Origin: Patescibacteria group bacterium UBA2135
Lineage (GTDB): Bacteria > Patescibacteriota > Minisyncoccia > Phycocordibacterales > UBA2135
Assembly (NCBI GenBank): GCA_002327685.1
Contig: DCXN01000003.1
Span: 6,981 to 70,980 of the forward strand
Reading direction: 5' to 3'
DNA length: 64,000 nt
In this document: in pieces, positions 8,080-17,116 of the stretch
Numbering within the stretch: the first letter of the stretch is position 1
Layout of the letters: each line of letters begins with the position of its first letter
Translations under genes and position numbers: made by a program
The notes under the pieces: model-generated
What the model saw: only the letters and a program-made list of their open reading frames with translations
What the model was told of the DNA's origin: nothing
Databases searched by the model: none

Positions 8080-10323
8080 CTACGGCCCCACCCCATACCT
8101 CCAATTCAAAACACCATAATCAAGATGCGGTGGAGCCCCCGCGCCAGTTTTAAAAAACGCCCTAAAATCAGCGACGTCATTATAAGAGAAACTATTACGC
8201 ACCTTATAAATCGCAGCAAACAATCGCTCCCCCTGAATAGGATTCAAAATGTCATCATTTTGCTGAGAACTAGGGCTCGTACCCAAAGAATGCCCATTAA
8301 CAATCGTTGAACTCGCCACAACCCCCCGATATAAATCACCATACACCGTCCCAGATATACCAGAATAAACATACTTGCAAGAGCCACTCTCTGGAATATA
8401 ATATCCCCCTTCAGAAAAACTTGAAGTCTCCGACGGGCAAAAATAACCAATCGCGAGAAGCGAAACACTGTTCTGCGCGCGCGGAGTACCATTAAGCGCG
8501 CCGCCATCCGCATCCGTGCCATTCACGGTAAAAGTATTATTTGATTTCCAATTCGTAGCAAGCGCGCCGTCTACCCCAAAGCTCACCCGCTCCATAGAAA
8601 GATAGTCAGAACCAGCGCTCCCGCCACACCATCCGCCGCCACAATCAGAAAGCGCCGGCGTCTCATCAAGCGTCGTAGTAGCAAAACCACCAAGATACTG
8701 AACAAGACTCAACACCTCGCCGCCATTCCCCAGATCAGAACTGCCGCCCGATCCGCTAAACGCTACTACTAAATCTTCAACAACACTCGTAGTATTACCG
8801 TCAGTCCGCTCTATAAGATAAAATCCGCTTGACGTCGCAGTCGCAGCCCCATCCCCTAACGAAATATCAGGCGCGCCATCTTCAGCGACAAGCGAAACAT
8901 TCGCAAGGGTAATGTCATGATTTGAAGGACTAAACAACTCCACCCACTCATCCGCACTTGACGCGTCCGTTCCTCCCCAGGCAATTTCATTAATAACAAG
9001 CGGGCGCGTAACCACCTCAACAGATTGCGCAGTCGTAGTAGCGCCATTTCCAACGGCATCATAAACAGCAGCTTGTAGATTATACGAGCCATCAGCTGAA
9101 ACCGTTATCGTCCCCGACGCGTCTGTCGTCGTAGCGGTCAACACACCGTCCCGGACGAGCGCGTAATACGCTATGTCAGTTGAAGAAGAACTCCACGAAA
9201 GGTTAAGCGTCATTCCGCCTGACAAACATGTCTCTGACGAAAGAGAATATTCACATTGAAGAACCGAGAACGAGCCAAACACAGGCGCGATGGTGTCTAC
9301 CGAAATAGTTTTCGCCGACGATGTCGCCGTCATCCCCTCACTGTTGGCGGCAATAATTTGAATAGCCGTTTCCCCTTCTGGAAAATTACTCAGCACAAGC
9401 GTCCAACTTTCGTTTTCATCCGCTGTCGTAGTCGCATTATTAAAATTGTTTGAGATGACAAGCGTTGACGAAGCAGTGCCGGAAAACGTGAGCGACGTCG
9501 TCGCGGTGTCAAAAACATCATCCGCGGGAGAAATAATAATCGGCGCGGAAATGACAACAGCCGCTGACTCCTCTTCTTCTTCAGCCTCTTCCTCTTCTTC
9601 TTCCTCCGCAGACTCACTCTCTTCAGCGTCATCCTGCGGCGCCTCCGGCGCCGTACCACCACCCCCACTCCCACCACCAAACCCCGGCTGATACGGTTGC
9701 GGCTGATATGGCTCCGACTCCAACAGGTCATCACCATCAATATCCGTCAATAAATCATCAACATCCGTCGCCACCTCCTCAGACTCAACCGGAATCTCCG
9801 CAAGCGGAGATTCCCCCACAGGCACAACCACAACTTCCGGCGCAACCACATCCACATCCCCCCCAAAAACCTCCCCCACCGACGGCTCCGCAAGCGGAGC
9901 CGTCACACTCACAAGCGGCGCCTCCGGCGCCGCCACAATTGAGAAAAAGGCTTCTTTGTCAGTTTTTTTATCAAGCTCAAAATTTTTTATTCTTTCTATA
10001 ACTTGAGATAGTTGCTGTTCTTGTTTTGCTTTTTCTAAATCACTTTTCATCTCCTCCCTATCATCCGGCAAAAAATACTTACTCGCCAACTCCACATCCT
10101 CCGCCTCAAGCGCTTCAATAAAAAGCGCGAGTGTTTCTTCCGGTGTTGCGCCGCCGAAGGTGTCATTTTCATATTCCTTCTCCAAATTTTCAAAATATTC
10201 AATCGCCGCGCGCTCCTGCCGCCCCTCGGGATTCAAATACGCCACCCCAACCCAAACAAGCAAGCCAACGACAATAATCCCCAAAAACCCTAATAAAAAC
10301 CTTTTACTTGTACCATTTAACAT
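8080..10323 (-). CDS. Membrane-anchored surface protein with Ig-like and lamin-tail domains (probable fusion)
   Basis: N-terminal TM, acidic/Pro linker, LVINEIAWGGT...DEWVELF lamin-tail motif, GTPRAQNS. Confidence 0.8.
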   Translation of the reverse strand: MLNGTSKRFLLGFLGIIVVGLLVWVGVAYLNPEGRQERAAIEYFENLEKEYENDTFGGATPEETLALFIEALEAEDVELASKYFLPDDREEMKSDLEKAKQEQQLSQVIERIKNFELDKKTDKEAFFSIVAAPEAPLVSVTAPLAEPSVGEVFGGDVDVVAPEVVVVPVGESPLAEIPVESEEVATDVDDLLTDIDGDDLLESEPYQPQPYQPGFGGGSGGGGTAPEAPQDDAEESESAEEEEEEEAEEEEESAAVVISAPIIISPADDVFDTATTSLTFSGTASSTLVISNNFNNATTTADENESWTLVLSNFPEGETAIQIIAANSEGMTATSSAKTISVDTIAPVFGSFSVLQCEYSLSSETCLSGGMTLNLSWSSSSTDIAYYALVRDGVLTATTTDASGTITVSADGSYNLQAAVYDAVGNGATTTAQSVEVVTRPLVINEIAWGGTDASSADEWVELFSPSNHDITLANVSLVAEDGAPDISLGDGAATATSSGFYLIERTDGNTTSVVEDLVVAFSGSGGSSDLGNGGEVLSLVQYLGGFATTTLDETPALSDCGGGWCGGSAGSDYLSMERVSFGVDGALATNWKSNNTFTVNGTDADGGALNGTPRAQNSVSLLAIGYFCPSETSSFSEGGYYIPESGSCKYVYSGISGTVYGDLYRGVVASSTIVNGHSLGTSPSSQQNDDILNPIQGERLFAAIYKVRNSFSYNDVADFRAFFKTGAGAPPHLDYGVLNWRYGVGP

Positions 10324-10398
10324 AAGTCCTCATATTATATAAAGCTAATAAAAAATAAACTTGACTGACAAAAAATATATACTCTAACAAGCAAACGA

Positions 10399-10576
10399 AC
10401 GGGAAAGGTCTGACCTTGAGGAAAAAACTGTGTCGCCAGGTCTGGCCTTGAGGAGGAGCGGAGCGACGGGAGAAGACCAGACCTTGCGGTACAGTTTTTG
10501 GGAAAAGGTCGGACCTCGCGGAGTCCATTTGCCGAACTGAGGAGTTTCAGCCCGAGACTGATCCGCCTCAGGCGGA
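10399..10576. repeat. REP-like family B cluster plus 30-bp double palindrome
   Basis: AAGGTCTGACCTT, CAGGTCTGGCCTT-GAGGAGGAGCGGAGCGACGGG-AGAAGACCAGACCTT; TCAGCCCGAGACTGA-TCCGCCTCAGGCGGA at 10547-10576. Confidence 0.8.
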
Positions 10577-10595
10577 AACACAAAACAAAATGCTT

Positions 10596-10835
10596 TTATT
10601 TGAATAGCCTTAATATATCCTCCTTGGTTATAGAAGAATCGCACTTCAAAACAAATTTAGCAATATTATTCACAACCTCACTTTTTATTTTTTTATGTCG
10701 CGGTAATGGACATTTAGTACCAGTATTCTCACAAGGAATTTGATCATGTTTTTTCCCGTTTATAATTGAAAACCCCAGTGTCTCTAGGGCTTTAGTAATT
10801 TTCCTATGGGTACTTTCAAAGAAGTAGTCACTCAT
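10596..10835 (-). CDS. HicA-like toxin
   Basis: ALETLGF...GKKHD...LPRH; 79 aa, immediately after the HicB-like gene. Confidence 0.7.
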   Translation of the reverse strand: MSDYFFESTHRKITKALETLGFSIINGKKHDQIPCENTGTKCPLPRHKKIKSEVVNNIAKFVLKCDSSITKEDILRLFK

Positions 10836-10838
10836 TTT

Positions 10839-11192
10839 TTAGGCAACAATTTTTTCCATAACAAAATTTCTATCCAAATATTCATTTGGTATTGTCATGC
10901 CAAATTTTTCAACAAGTTCTTGTGACGGCTGATAATGTGTTACAAATTTTCTGTAATCCTCAGGAATTCCCAAGGAAGTATGCATGGCATCGTTCACCAT
11001 TTCAATTATTTCTTTTCCAGAATTTGCTTGTGTTATACAGTTATCAATATTTCCTATTTCAGCAACATAGCCGCCATCTTTAGATGATTGTATTCTGACG
11101 TCTATGGAGTCCGGAATTTTGGAGTTAAAAGCGACGATTAACTCCGGACGAATTGGTTCTTTGGTCCTAAAAAGAAAGTCTGTAAAAGACAT
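10839..11192 (-). CDS. HicB-like antitoxin
   Basis: DGGYVAEI...CITQA...EIIEMVNDA. Confidence 0.75.
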   Translation of the reverse strand: MSFTDFLFRTKEPIRPELIVAFNSKIPDSIDVRIQSSKDGGYVAEIGNIDNCITQANSGKEIIEMVNDAMHTSLGIPEDYRKFVTHYQPSQELVEKFGMTIPNEYLDRNFVMEKIVA

Positions 11193-11260
11193 ATTTATAT
11201 TTATACTACATAAGCAAGACATTGCAAGAAGCCCATCTCACAAACTTTTCAGCGCACTAA

Positions 11261-11398
11261 CTAAAAGAACACTCTCACACCAAACACAAGAAGCCCGATA
11301 ATGACAACAGCGATAAAAATAAAAACGAGATACAAGAAAACTTCTTTCACAAACGAACGCCCTTTTTTAGACTCCTTTCCTGTTAATTCTTTATCCAT
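11261..11398 (-). CDS. 45-aa single-TM protein (not in ORF track)
   Basis: MDKELTGKESKKGRSFVKEVFLYLVFIFIAVVIIGLLVFGVRVFF*. Confidence 0.5.
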   Translation of the reverse strand: MDKELTGKESKKGRSFVKEVFLYLVFIFIAVVIIGLLVFGVRVFF

Positions 11399-11529
11399 AT
11401 TTTTATTTTACCAAAACGATACTCCTCTTCCTACAAACTGCACTCAATTCTGAAAGCAATAAAACGTCTTGCTCTAGAGCAAATTCAGGAGTTTGCTATG
11501 AAGCTCTTTTAAAAAATTTACACTGCCCG

Positions 11530-11817
11530 TCATTCGAAAAATTCAACTTCAATATCAATAGAATTATTTTGTTCGTTAAGAGTCCCTACCATCGCTATAA
11601 TGTGACGTCCTCCAGTTACTTCATTGGCTTGATACATGACAAGCGGACCCTCAAAGCTGCGCCCCTTAGGTAACGCATCTTTAATTCTCTGCACAGCATC
11701 ATCTTTTGAAGTAGCTTGTGCCATCGCTTCCTCCATAGCTTTTTTTGTCGGTACGACAACCTCACGCTTGAATTTTTCTCGTGATGTTTCAACACCAGGT
11801 GCATCTTCTTGTGACAT
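11530..11817 (-). CDS. Hypothetical protein
   Basis: 95-aa ORF after an AT-rich leader. Confidence 0.65.
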   Translation of the reverse strand: MSQEDAPGVETSREKFKREVVVPTKKAMEEAMAQATSKDDAVQRIKDALPKGRSFEGPLVMYQANEVTGGRHIIAMVGTLNEQNNSIDIEVEFFE

Positions 11818-11924
11818 AAATTTATGTTTAATTATAAATATAAAGTTATATTAACACGATAAGCAAAATTTAATAAATGATAAATGATAGCCCAAAATAA
11901 GGCCAGTCACTTTTTTGCAATTAT

Positions 11925-12031
11925 TAATCACTCGTCTGCCAAATATTATTACACGCCGCGCTTTTCTGCCATCCAGCCGCCATAGCCTCCTCTTCGGCAC
12001 AAAACCACTGCTCCCCTTTCCGCGGGTCAAT
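11925..12031 (-). pseudogene. Orphan diverged copy of the thermonuclease 3' end
   Basis: Encodes IDPRKGEQWFCAEEEAMAAGWQKSAACNNIWQTSD*, matching 12692-12791. Confidence 0.85.
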
Positions 12032-12239
12032 CCTCACCCCCCCCACTTCAAAACACACCAAATCACCTCCTCCCCAAAAAAACACTATAAAATACCCCGC
12101 ATTGGGGGGTTTGTTTATTCTTTCAAATCATATCCTTGACATATAGCATGTATCGTGCTAGGATTACCGTAGAAAGCCTACATCATGGTAGTTCAAACGA
12201 CAAATATATTGTCCTAATCTGAAACGAAAGGAGTCCATA

Positions 12240-12485
12240 GTGTTGAAAGAGAGAGACGACGAAATCATTAGCAAACACGTTCGCGTTAAGGCATGTGAAG
12301 CACTCGAGCACGGCGATAACGTTGGATGTGTTTGTCATCTTATCGGCAAGGTGGTTAAGATCAAAAAGCGCTACAACGCACCACTCGCTGGCACACCCTC
12401 ATATCACATCAAGGGTATGAATCAGCGCGTCCGGCGTAGTGAAGTCACGCTGCTGAGAGACCAGTCAACACCCTTGAGTAAGTAG
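12240..12485 (+). CDS. Small hypothetical protein
   Basis: TTGACA promoter at ~12136, AAGGAG RBS, TTCG hairpin with T-tract at ~12532-12568. Confidence 0.7.
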   Translation: MLKERDDEIISKHVRVKACEALEHGDNVGCVCHLIGKVVKIKKRYNAPLAGTPSYHIKGMNQRVRRSEVTLLRDQSTPLSK

Positions 12486-12683
12486 CCCTCGAGAATCCGT
12501 CGGATTCTCAATCGAACTCTCAAGAAGTAACCAGGCGCACGACCTTCGGGTACGGCGTCTTTTATTTTGGAAAATAGGGACAGTTTAGAAAATAAGGTCA
12601 CCCACTTCCCCAACAAACCCCAAAATCACCCCTCCGCGTTACTTAACAAAAAATCAAATCCAAAATCATAAATCATAAATCCC

Positions 12684-13448
12684 TCACCCTTTCGTCTGCC
12701 AAATATTATTACACGCCGCGCTTTTCTGCCATCCAGCCGCCATAGCTTCTTTTTCCGTACAGAACCACTGCTCCCCTTTCCGCGGGTCAATTTTCACACG
12801 TTTGTAATTCGGACATCCCGGAAAGAAATAGTCCTTTTCATAACGCTTATTAATATTCCCCTTTATCACACACTCATCACTAAACGGATCACTCGCTTGC
12901 TCCCGCTCCGCGCTCGCTGACGCTTTTTCATAATCACACGCGCCCCACATTCCCAATTCTTCTTCCTCGGCTTCGCTTTGAGTCGCTTGCAGTTGCGATA
13001 AATATCGCCTGTTGGGTTTCACATAAACGCTCTCCGCATAACCACCACGCACAAGTTCTTTGTTCACAAACACATCATCAATTTCCGGATTCTCGCTACG
13101 CAAAACAACATACCGAAGTAATCTATCATAATTATCACTCGCAGTTTGATCCTTCTCTAAAAGAATCTCTTGTCCTAACACCAATCCAGTCAACTCTTTT
13201 TTAGCTTCCTCACCAAAACACTCCGCGCTCTCCGGAGCATCAATTCCTAACAAACGCACACGAATGTTGTTTTCAATAATTAAAGTATCACCGTCTACGA
13301 CTTGCTCCACAAGATGCAGTCGCTCTTCAAAATTAGCCCCATATTTCCCATAATTTTTAACAACCGTATACCCGCCATAACCCCCAGCCGCCATCACAAA
13401 CGCCAACACGCCCATAATCACCTTGTGCGAAAAAATATTCTTAACCAT
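12684..13448 (-). CDS. Thermonuclease (SNase) family protein with C-terminal Cys domain
   Basis: VVDGDT, VRLLGIDAPE, YDRLLRYV, CVIKGNI...WFCTEKEA. Confidence 0.92.
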   Translation of the reverse strand: MVKNIFSHKVIMGVLAFVMAAGGYGGYTVVKNYGKYGANFEERLHLVEQVVDGDTLIIENNIRVRLLGIDAPESAECFGEEAKKELTGLVLGQEILLEKDQTASDNYDRLLRYVVLRSENPEIDDVFVNKELVRGGYAESVYVKPNRRYLSQLQATQSEAEEEELGMWGACDYEKASASAEREQASDPFSDECVIKGNINKRYEKDYFFPGCPNYKRVKIDPRKGEQWFCTEKEAMAAGWQKSAACNNIWQTKG

Positions 13449-13535
13449 ACCCTTAATTATGCACCATATACTCACAAAAAAATATCATAAAAAAGCCAGC
13501 TGTTTGGGGCAGAACAACTGGCAAACCATTTTTGA

Positions 13536-13736
13536 TTAAAAAAACAGGTAGAACACTAGGCCGGCAAAGACCATGCCCTCCAATATATAGGTGAATTCGT
13601 GTAATGCCCTCTGAGCCCACCCGTGCGTCTCGTAGTAACTCCGCTTATAGTCAGTCAGGTGGTCAGAAACCATTATAACCCCCATGCTGACCACAGTAAA
13701 AAAGGTAAATATTACGACAATCTTGACGTCTACCAT
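13536..13736 (-). CDS. Small 2-TM protein
   Basis: AGGAGG RBS; promoter at 13790-13821. Confidence 0.7.
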   Translation of the reverse strand: MVDVKIVVIFTFFTVVSMGVIMVSDHLTDYKRSYYETHGWAQRALHEFTYILEGMVFAGLVFYLFF

Positions 13737-13875
13737 AACGCCCTCCTTTTCTCGGTTGAACTTTAGGATTACTGGAAAACGAGTCTAAATACATTATACA
13801 CAACGATAAGTATCTGTCAAGTAAAAGCCGCACTTGCATTGCAAAAGTGCGGCTTCATAATTACATGACCCTCGT

Positions 13876-14061
13876 TCAGTCGCTCTCTTTCGTAATGAGC
13901 CATTTCGAGAGAAGATAAGCTGCGACGAGAGCACCGACAGCCACAATGGTCATGTTGATTTTGTCGGTGACCTGGTACGCGGCTAAAACGACACCGCTTG
14001 CGCCCAGCCATACAATAACGAGTGCGATAAGTTCGGTCGGTGAAAAACTTCTCATTGACAT
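13876..14061 (-). CDS. Small 2-TM protein
   Basis: GAGGAG RBS; hydrophobic. Confidence 0.7.
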   Translation of the reverse strand: MSMRSFSPTELIALVIVWLGASGVVLAAYQVTDKINMTIVAVGALVAAYLLSKWLITKESD

Positions 14062-14132
14062 TGATTGTACTCCTCATAGCTATCAAATAACCTCAATCAT
14101 ATTATCATACTTAAAAGATTACGTCAACCCCG

Positions 14133-14199
14133 CCGCAAGGCCCGGCCTTACATGGGGATAAGCTGTTGATAAACTACTCCATAAGGCCGGGCCTTGCGG
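14133..14199. repeat. REP doublet family A, copy 7
   Basis: Same consensus. Confidence 0.9.
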
Positions 14200-14285
14200 A
14201 CAAATGAATTTTTACCAAAACAAAAAAGACCGCCCCCTCGCATACGAAGCGAGGGTTTGGTCTCTCGTTTCGCCGAAGTGGCGGT

Positions 14286-14708
14286 TTAAGGGAACGTCCC
14301 ACAACACTCATAGCAATAGAAGGTGAAACCAACGTGGCTCGGGCCAACGCTACCTCTCGTGTTGCAATGCGGACAGACGGGATACTCCCTCGCCAGCTCC
14401 ATGTCGGTGGCAGTTTCAAATCCCGCTTTGTTGACTCTCCTAAGGAAGATGTTGATACCCACCCTCAGAGAATCTGACAGCGGTTCTACGAAGACATCAT
14501 CCTCCTTTCTAATCAACTGTTCTAGAACACCGATCTGCTGAAACTGGGTCATCGCTTCAACTTGTTCCTTAGTCGTACCGTCGGGAAAAGTTATCCCTTC
14601 TTGAAACACACAATTGATGAGACGGGCAAGCTCATCCTCATCTTGTAAAAGTTTGAGGTTTTGGGCACTCGCCCAATCTCTGATCTTTTGCGCCATTGCG
14701 TCGTCCAT
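14286..14708 (-). CDS. Hypothetical protein with C-terminal zinc ribbon
   Basis: CPHC...CYECC; GAGG RBS. Confidence 0.7.
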   Translation of the reverse strand: MDDAMAQKIRDWASAQNLKLLQDEDELARLINCVFQEGITFPDGTTKEQVEAMTQFQQIGVLEQLIRKEDDVFVEPLSDSLRVGINIFLRRVNKAGFETATDMELAREYPVCPHCNTRGSVGPSHVGFTFYCYECCGTFP

Positions 14709-14883
14709 CGTTACCTCGCTTTCTTTACAATAAATAGGTAATTGACTAAATTGTTTATTCTAAAGCAATTATACTCTATCTAATCCAACATGTCAAGCTC
14801 GCTAAACATTTGACAAATAGATTTAGTTATGACACACTTTAGATAGACAAAATCGACAAACCCACCTTTTCGGGAGAATCATA

Positions 14884-15177
14884 ATGCCGAAAGAAGCAAC
14901 AACGCGCGAAAGACAAAAATCTTGGGGCTTGGTCATCTTCATGTTAGGATCCGCCGTCTGGATCTTTGTCTATGGAGGAATGTTATACGGAGAAACGCAA
15001 TTCGCGGAATCGGACTACATGACAATAGTTGGAATCATAACCGCAGGCGCACTTCCTCTCGCTATAGCTATCACCATTATCTTCCGGCTTGGAGTTGAGT
15101 ACGGGAGATCGTACGCCGAACGCGCACAGGGGCATAGAGATATCACCACCTGCCACTTCATGAATGATACGAACTAA
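14884..15177 (+). CDS. Small 2-TM protein
   Basis: Promoter at 14810-14838, GGAGA RBS, terminator at ~15199-15224. Confidence 0.7.
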   Translation: MPKEATTRERQKSWGLVIFMLGSAVWIFVYGGMLYGETQFAESDYMTIVGIITAGALPLAIAITIIFRLGVEYGRSYAERAQGHRDITTCHFMNDTN

Positions 15178-15268
15178 CCACGCCCATCACAAGCCTCGCC
15201 GACCTCGCCAAGAGGTCGGTTTTTCATTTCCCCCTCTGGCTTCTTTCAAAAAAAATATGGGCGAGATT

Positions 15269-15784
15269 TTACCCTCGCCCATTTATTAGCCTCGCCGCTT
15301 CATCTCCACAATAATGATCACTGTATAAGAATTCAATTATCTTATCACGCTCCCAGTCGGCAATGTCAGGAATCTCATCAAGTCCTAAGGAAAAAGCTGC
15401 CGCAGAAAGATGAATCCTGTCTCTAAGAGGACTCTCAGCAACACTTTCTATCTTGTGACCAGACTCGTGACCAAACCAACCACTCTCGTTTATATATTCA
15501 TAATCGTAATACATAGCAAGCAAGATAGACAATCCGCATTTTGCTTTCTCTTCATAGCCATCCGTTAGCCAAGAGAACACTTTTTCTAGAATACCACTCC
15601 GAAGACTTCTACCACATGAATGCCCTCCAGAATCATAACCACGACATACTTCTATGATGCAATAAAGTGCGATGTCTTTTTTAGAGCCTTCCCTTTCTAG
15701 TAATTTCGCAACTTCTTCTTCAAAATATTCCATTTGTAGTGGAGGAATATTTTTATCCTTGCAAAGAACTTTTAAAGACCTCAT
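15269..15784 (-). CDS. Hypothetical protein
   Basis: AGGAGG RBS, 171 aa. Confidence 0.7.
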   Translation of the reverse strand: MRSLKVLCKDKNIPPLQMEYFEEEVAKLLEREGSKKDIALYCIIEVCRGYDSGGHSCGRSLRSGILEKVFSWLTDGYEEKAKCGLSILLAMYYDYEYINESGWFGHESGHKIESVAESPLRDRIHLSAAAFSLGLDEIPDIADWERDKIIEFLYSDHYCGDEAARLINGRG

Positions 15785-15864
15785 CTCAACCTCCTTAAAT
15801 AGCGCTACTTTCTATCACAGATACTACATATATCTTAGCGAGAGTAAAGAATTAAATTAAACCA

Positions 15865-15884
15865 CGCAGGGCCGGGCCTTGCGG
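15865..15884. repeat. Single REP (family A) downstream of RAYT
   Basis: CGCAGGGCCGGGCCTTGCGG. Confidence 0.8.
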
Positions 15885-15888
15885 GAAT

Positions 15889-16047
15889 CTACGGAATTCT
15901 TTCAGAAGACGTTGGTTGATATGTACGAGCTTCTTTTTGCTCCACGTCAATATATCCGGCAACTAGAGCGCCGACAACGCCAATAAGTACAATGAGCACA
16001 AAACGAGTTAAGAATTTGAGAAATGTTGGAGTAAATACTTCCCTCAT
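15889..16047 (-). CDS. 52-aa single-TM protein inside the REP-bounded RAYT unit (not in ORF track)
   Basis: MREVFTPTFLKFLTRFVLIVLIGVVGALVAGYIDVEQKEARTYQPTSSERIP*. Confidence 0.5.
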   Translation of the reverse strand: MREVFTPTFLKFLTRFVLIVLIGVVGALVAGYIDVEQKEARTYQPTSSERIP

Positions 16048-16054
16048 CACATTA

Positions 16055-16891
16055 TTATACCACAGTCACCCGTTGTTCTTGTTCTTGTTCTTGTGTTTGT
16101 TGCTGTGATTGTGTGCTTTCAATGTCTTCAGCACCTTCAGCATCTTTAACGTCTTCAACAATCTCAATCCGCGCATCTGCCTGCATATCCACCCTCCCCT
16201 CCTCACCCTCCAATTCAAGAATCTCTTTACTATACGTCAACCACGCGTTGATAAATTCATCAAATTCAGCAAAATCCTCAAAATATTCAGGGAAAAATTC
16301 TTTAGCGTTACTGACAATAGCGCCCTCCGGACGTACTTTCCCGATGAAATCCAAATAGCTTGAATAGTCATAATGCAAAAGCTGTGTGCGAGCTTCTTGC
16401 AGATTTTGAATACCTTTTTCTTTCCATGTTGAGTCAACTAGTTTCACCGGATTTAAATGAATATATGCAAAAAGATATCTCAAGTAATTATCGTGGATGG
16501 CGCGTTTTGACTTAAATCTGCCCTCAAACAACGTACCAGAACGTTCATATTTCGTATTGAAGTACATTGAATACGCCGTCATCAATTTTTGCATGAATCG
16601 TGAAATACCGTTTGGCTGTATTTGTCTTATGAGAATGTGAAAATGATTGGGCATCAAGCAATACGCGCCAATCGCCACAAGAGGTTTTCGTCGTGAAAAC
16701 ATTTTAAGCAATTCAGAAAAAGAAAGCGTTCTTAGAACTTCCATCCTAATTTCACTTTCACCATTACACACATACAATAAACGCATAAAACGATCATAAT
16801 CTTCCCTTTTGAGAAAAATATCACGCTTATCAACACCTCTATTATAGAGATGATAAAATTCATTTTCTGCAAATTGTTCTTTACGAGCCAT
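16055..16891 (-). CDS. REP-associated tyrosine transposase (RAYT, Y1/HUH)
   Basis: YHLYNRG, YCLMPNHFH (HUH), YIHLNP, YSSY; flanked by REP palindromes. Confidence 0.92.
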   Translation of the reverse strand: MARKEQFAENEFYHLYNRGVDKRDIFLKREDYDRFMRLLYVCNGESEIRMEVLRTLSFSELLKMFSRRKPLVAIGAYCLMPNHFHILIRQIQPNGISRFMQKLMTAYSMYFNTKYERSGTLFEGRFKSKRAIHDNYLRYLFAYIHLNPVKLVDSTWKEKGIQNLQEARTQLLHYDYSSYLDFIGKVRPEGAIVSNAKEFFPEYFEDFAEFDEFINAWLTYSKEILELEGEEGRVDMQADARIEIVEDVKDAEGAEDIESTQSQQQTQEQEQEQRVTVV

Positions 16892-16960
16892 ATGTTTGAA
16901 AATTACGCTTAATTACATCATTGTGTTTAATTACATGATTCTATCTTACAAGCACCACCC

Positions 16961-17031
16961 CCGCAAGGCCCGGCCTTGCAAGTTATCCACAGGTTATCCC
17001 CCAAAAACCTCTCTCAAGGCCGGGCCTTGCA
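16961..17031. repeat. REP doublet family A upstream of RAYT with a perfect DnaA box
   Basis: REP-TTATCCACA-GG-TTATCCCCC-...-REP. Confidence 0.85.
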
Positions 17032-17116
17032 GAAAATCATCCACTCAAAAACCGCCTCACTTATTAGCAAGGCGGTTTTTAATGATTTGCTTTATCTTCG
17101 TATTAGCTTCTTTTCT

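Noticed and set aside
16983-17002. DnaA boxes as oriC
   Set aside because: No dnaA/dnaN or dense box cluster nearby; the boxes are embedded in dispersed repeats.
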